From assembly GCA_963758325.1 (NCBI GenBank), contig CAVWUZ010000005.1, positions 49,087 to 113,086 of the forward strand: a stretch of DNA of 64,000 nt, given 5' to 3'. The DNA comes from an uncultured Actinomycetota bacterium (GTDB lineage Bacteria; Actinomycetota; Actinomycetes; Mycobacteriales; Jatrophihabitantaceae). Below the pieces are notes generated by a model that saw nothing but the letters and a program-made list of their open reading frames with translations, made no database searches and had not been told where the DNA came from. The translations under genes were made by a program, and so were the position numbers. Below, piece after piece: positions 63,332 through 64,000 of this stretch. Position 1 is the first letter of the stretch; every line of letters starts with the position of its first letter.

Positions 63332-64000
63332 ATGTTCGGTTTGCGGGGTTCACGTCGCCGGGTGGCGATCGTGGGGGCGGCAGCAGCGGTCCTGGTGGCT
63401 GGCGGTGTCGGGCTGGCGGTGGCGGCGGATCAGTCTCCGCCGAGCAACGCGGTCAGCGCCGGCCGCGGGGTGGACGAGTTCGGGATGACGCAGGCGTTCC
63501 TGCACGGCAGCCAACGCCAGTTCACCTACACCAAGGGGTTCTTCTGCGACACCAGCATCGCGTCGGCGGCATCGTCGAAGTGCGAGGCCGGGGCGACGTA
63601 CCGCCAACCGCCGGCGGCGGACTTCGACCCGCTGTACATCACGGTGCCGCTCGGGTTCGACCAGCCGATGAACATGCTGGACTGCCCGAACGCCCTGGTC
63701 TGCGTCGACCACCCGGGCACCATCGACTTGTCCCGGCTGGAGTCGGCGCTCAAGCCGCTGTACCCGACGCTGAGCGACCAGCAGCTCAGCTCGGCGTTGA
63801 AGAACTTCGCCGTCCCCGGCCATGACCACTTCATCACCACCGCCAACGGTGGCAAGCCCGAGTGGTGGGACGTGCAGATCGTCGGCGTCACGAGCCAGCA
63901 GACCTACGACGACATCCGTGACCACCGCTCCTACACCTACATCCAGAAGCTGATCAGTCAGAAGGACAAGAACGTCCTCGGGCCCATCCCGACCAACCTG
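63332..64000 (+). CDS. secreted hypothetical protein (3' end beyond the window; absent from the ORF track)
   Basis: Hand-translated: MFGLRGSRRRVAIVGAAAAVLVAGGVGLAVAADQ... It stays open for 223 codons to the window end, has high third-position GC and has GGAAGGGAG upstream. The two antisense track ORFs here are shadows. Confidence 0.6.
   Translation, partial: MFGLRGSRRRVAIVGAAAAVLVAGGVGLAVAADQSPPSNAVSAGRGVDEFGMTQAFLHGSQRQFTYTKGFFCDTSIASAASSKCEAGATYRQPPAADFDPLYITVPLGFDQPMNMLDCPNALVCVDHPGTIDLSRLESALKPLYPTLSDQQLSSALKNFAVPGHDHFITTANGGKPEWWDVQIVGVTSQQTYDDIRDHRSYTYIQKLISQKDKNVLGPIPTNL

Overview
This is a very GC-rich chromosomal segment (judged by eye, not computed) that looks actinobacterial (Actinomycetota). 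All calls rest on the ORF track, hand translation and remembered family motifs; no searches were run.

Bases 1-51.9 kb are conserved core genome. They hold RNase J, methionine aminopeptidase and a pyrE/TrmH/SDR operon. They also hold the HspR heat-shock regulon: clpB, and dnaK-grpE-dnaJ-hspR, each with a HAIR-like operator. Further genes are two ABC exporter systems, and an IclR-headed operon that couples a betaine-type ABC importer to an M20 amidohydrolase and a HutF-like deiminase. The core ends with a membrane Fe-S reductase, then DUF5318-PBP-GT87-rpsF-ssb-rpsR-rplI-PPOX-dnaB. I recall the same gene order around Rv0049-Rv0058 in Mycobacterium tuberculosis.

After dnaB (51.9-64 kb) the content turns accessory. 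It contains a membrane-anchored alpha/beta hydrolase, an MFS pump with His-rich tails and a large LuxR-type regulator whose 3' end is fused to insertion-sequence debris (IS256 fragment, IS481 fragment, truncated IS481). A metal module follows: a permease fused to two YHS domains, an ArsR repressor with twin palindromic operators, a ZIP transporter and a secreted protein that runs off the window.

No rRNA, tRNA or CRISPR array was seen. The least explained signals are:
- two copies of a modular tandem-repeat plus three-arm hairpin element flanking the Fe-S reductase gene, with a compensatory base change between the copies
- a 6 x 17-nt iteron-like array upstream of dnaB
- the importer/amidohydrolase/deiminase operon, which has no other hut genes
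- the metal permease-YHS/ArsR unit with duplicated 18-bp operators

I found no clear known defence system. Many long track ORFs are antisense or out-of-frame shadows typical of high-GC DNA.
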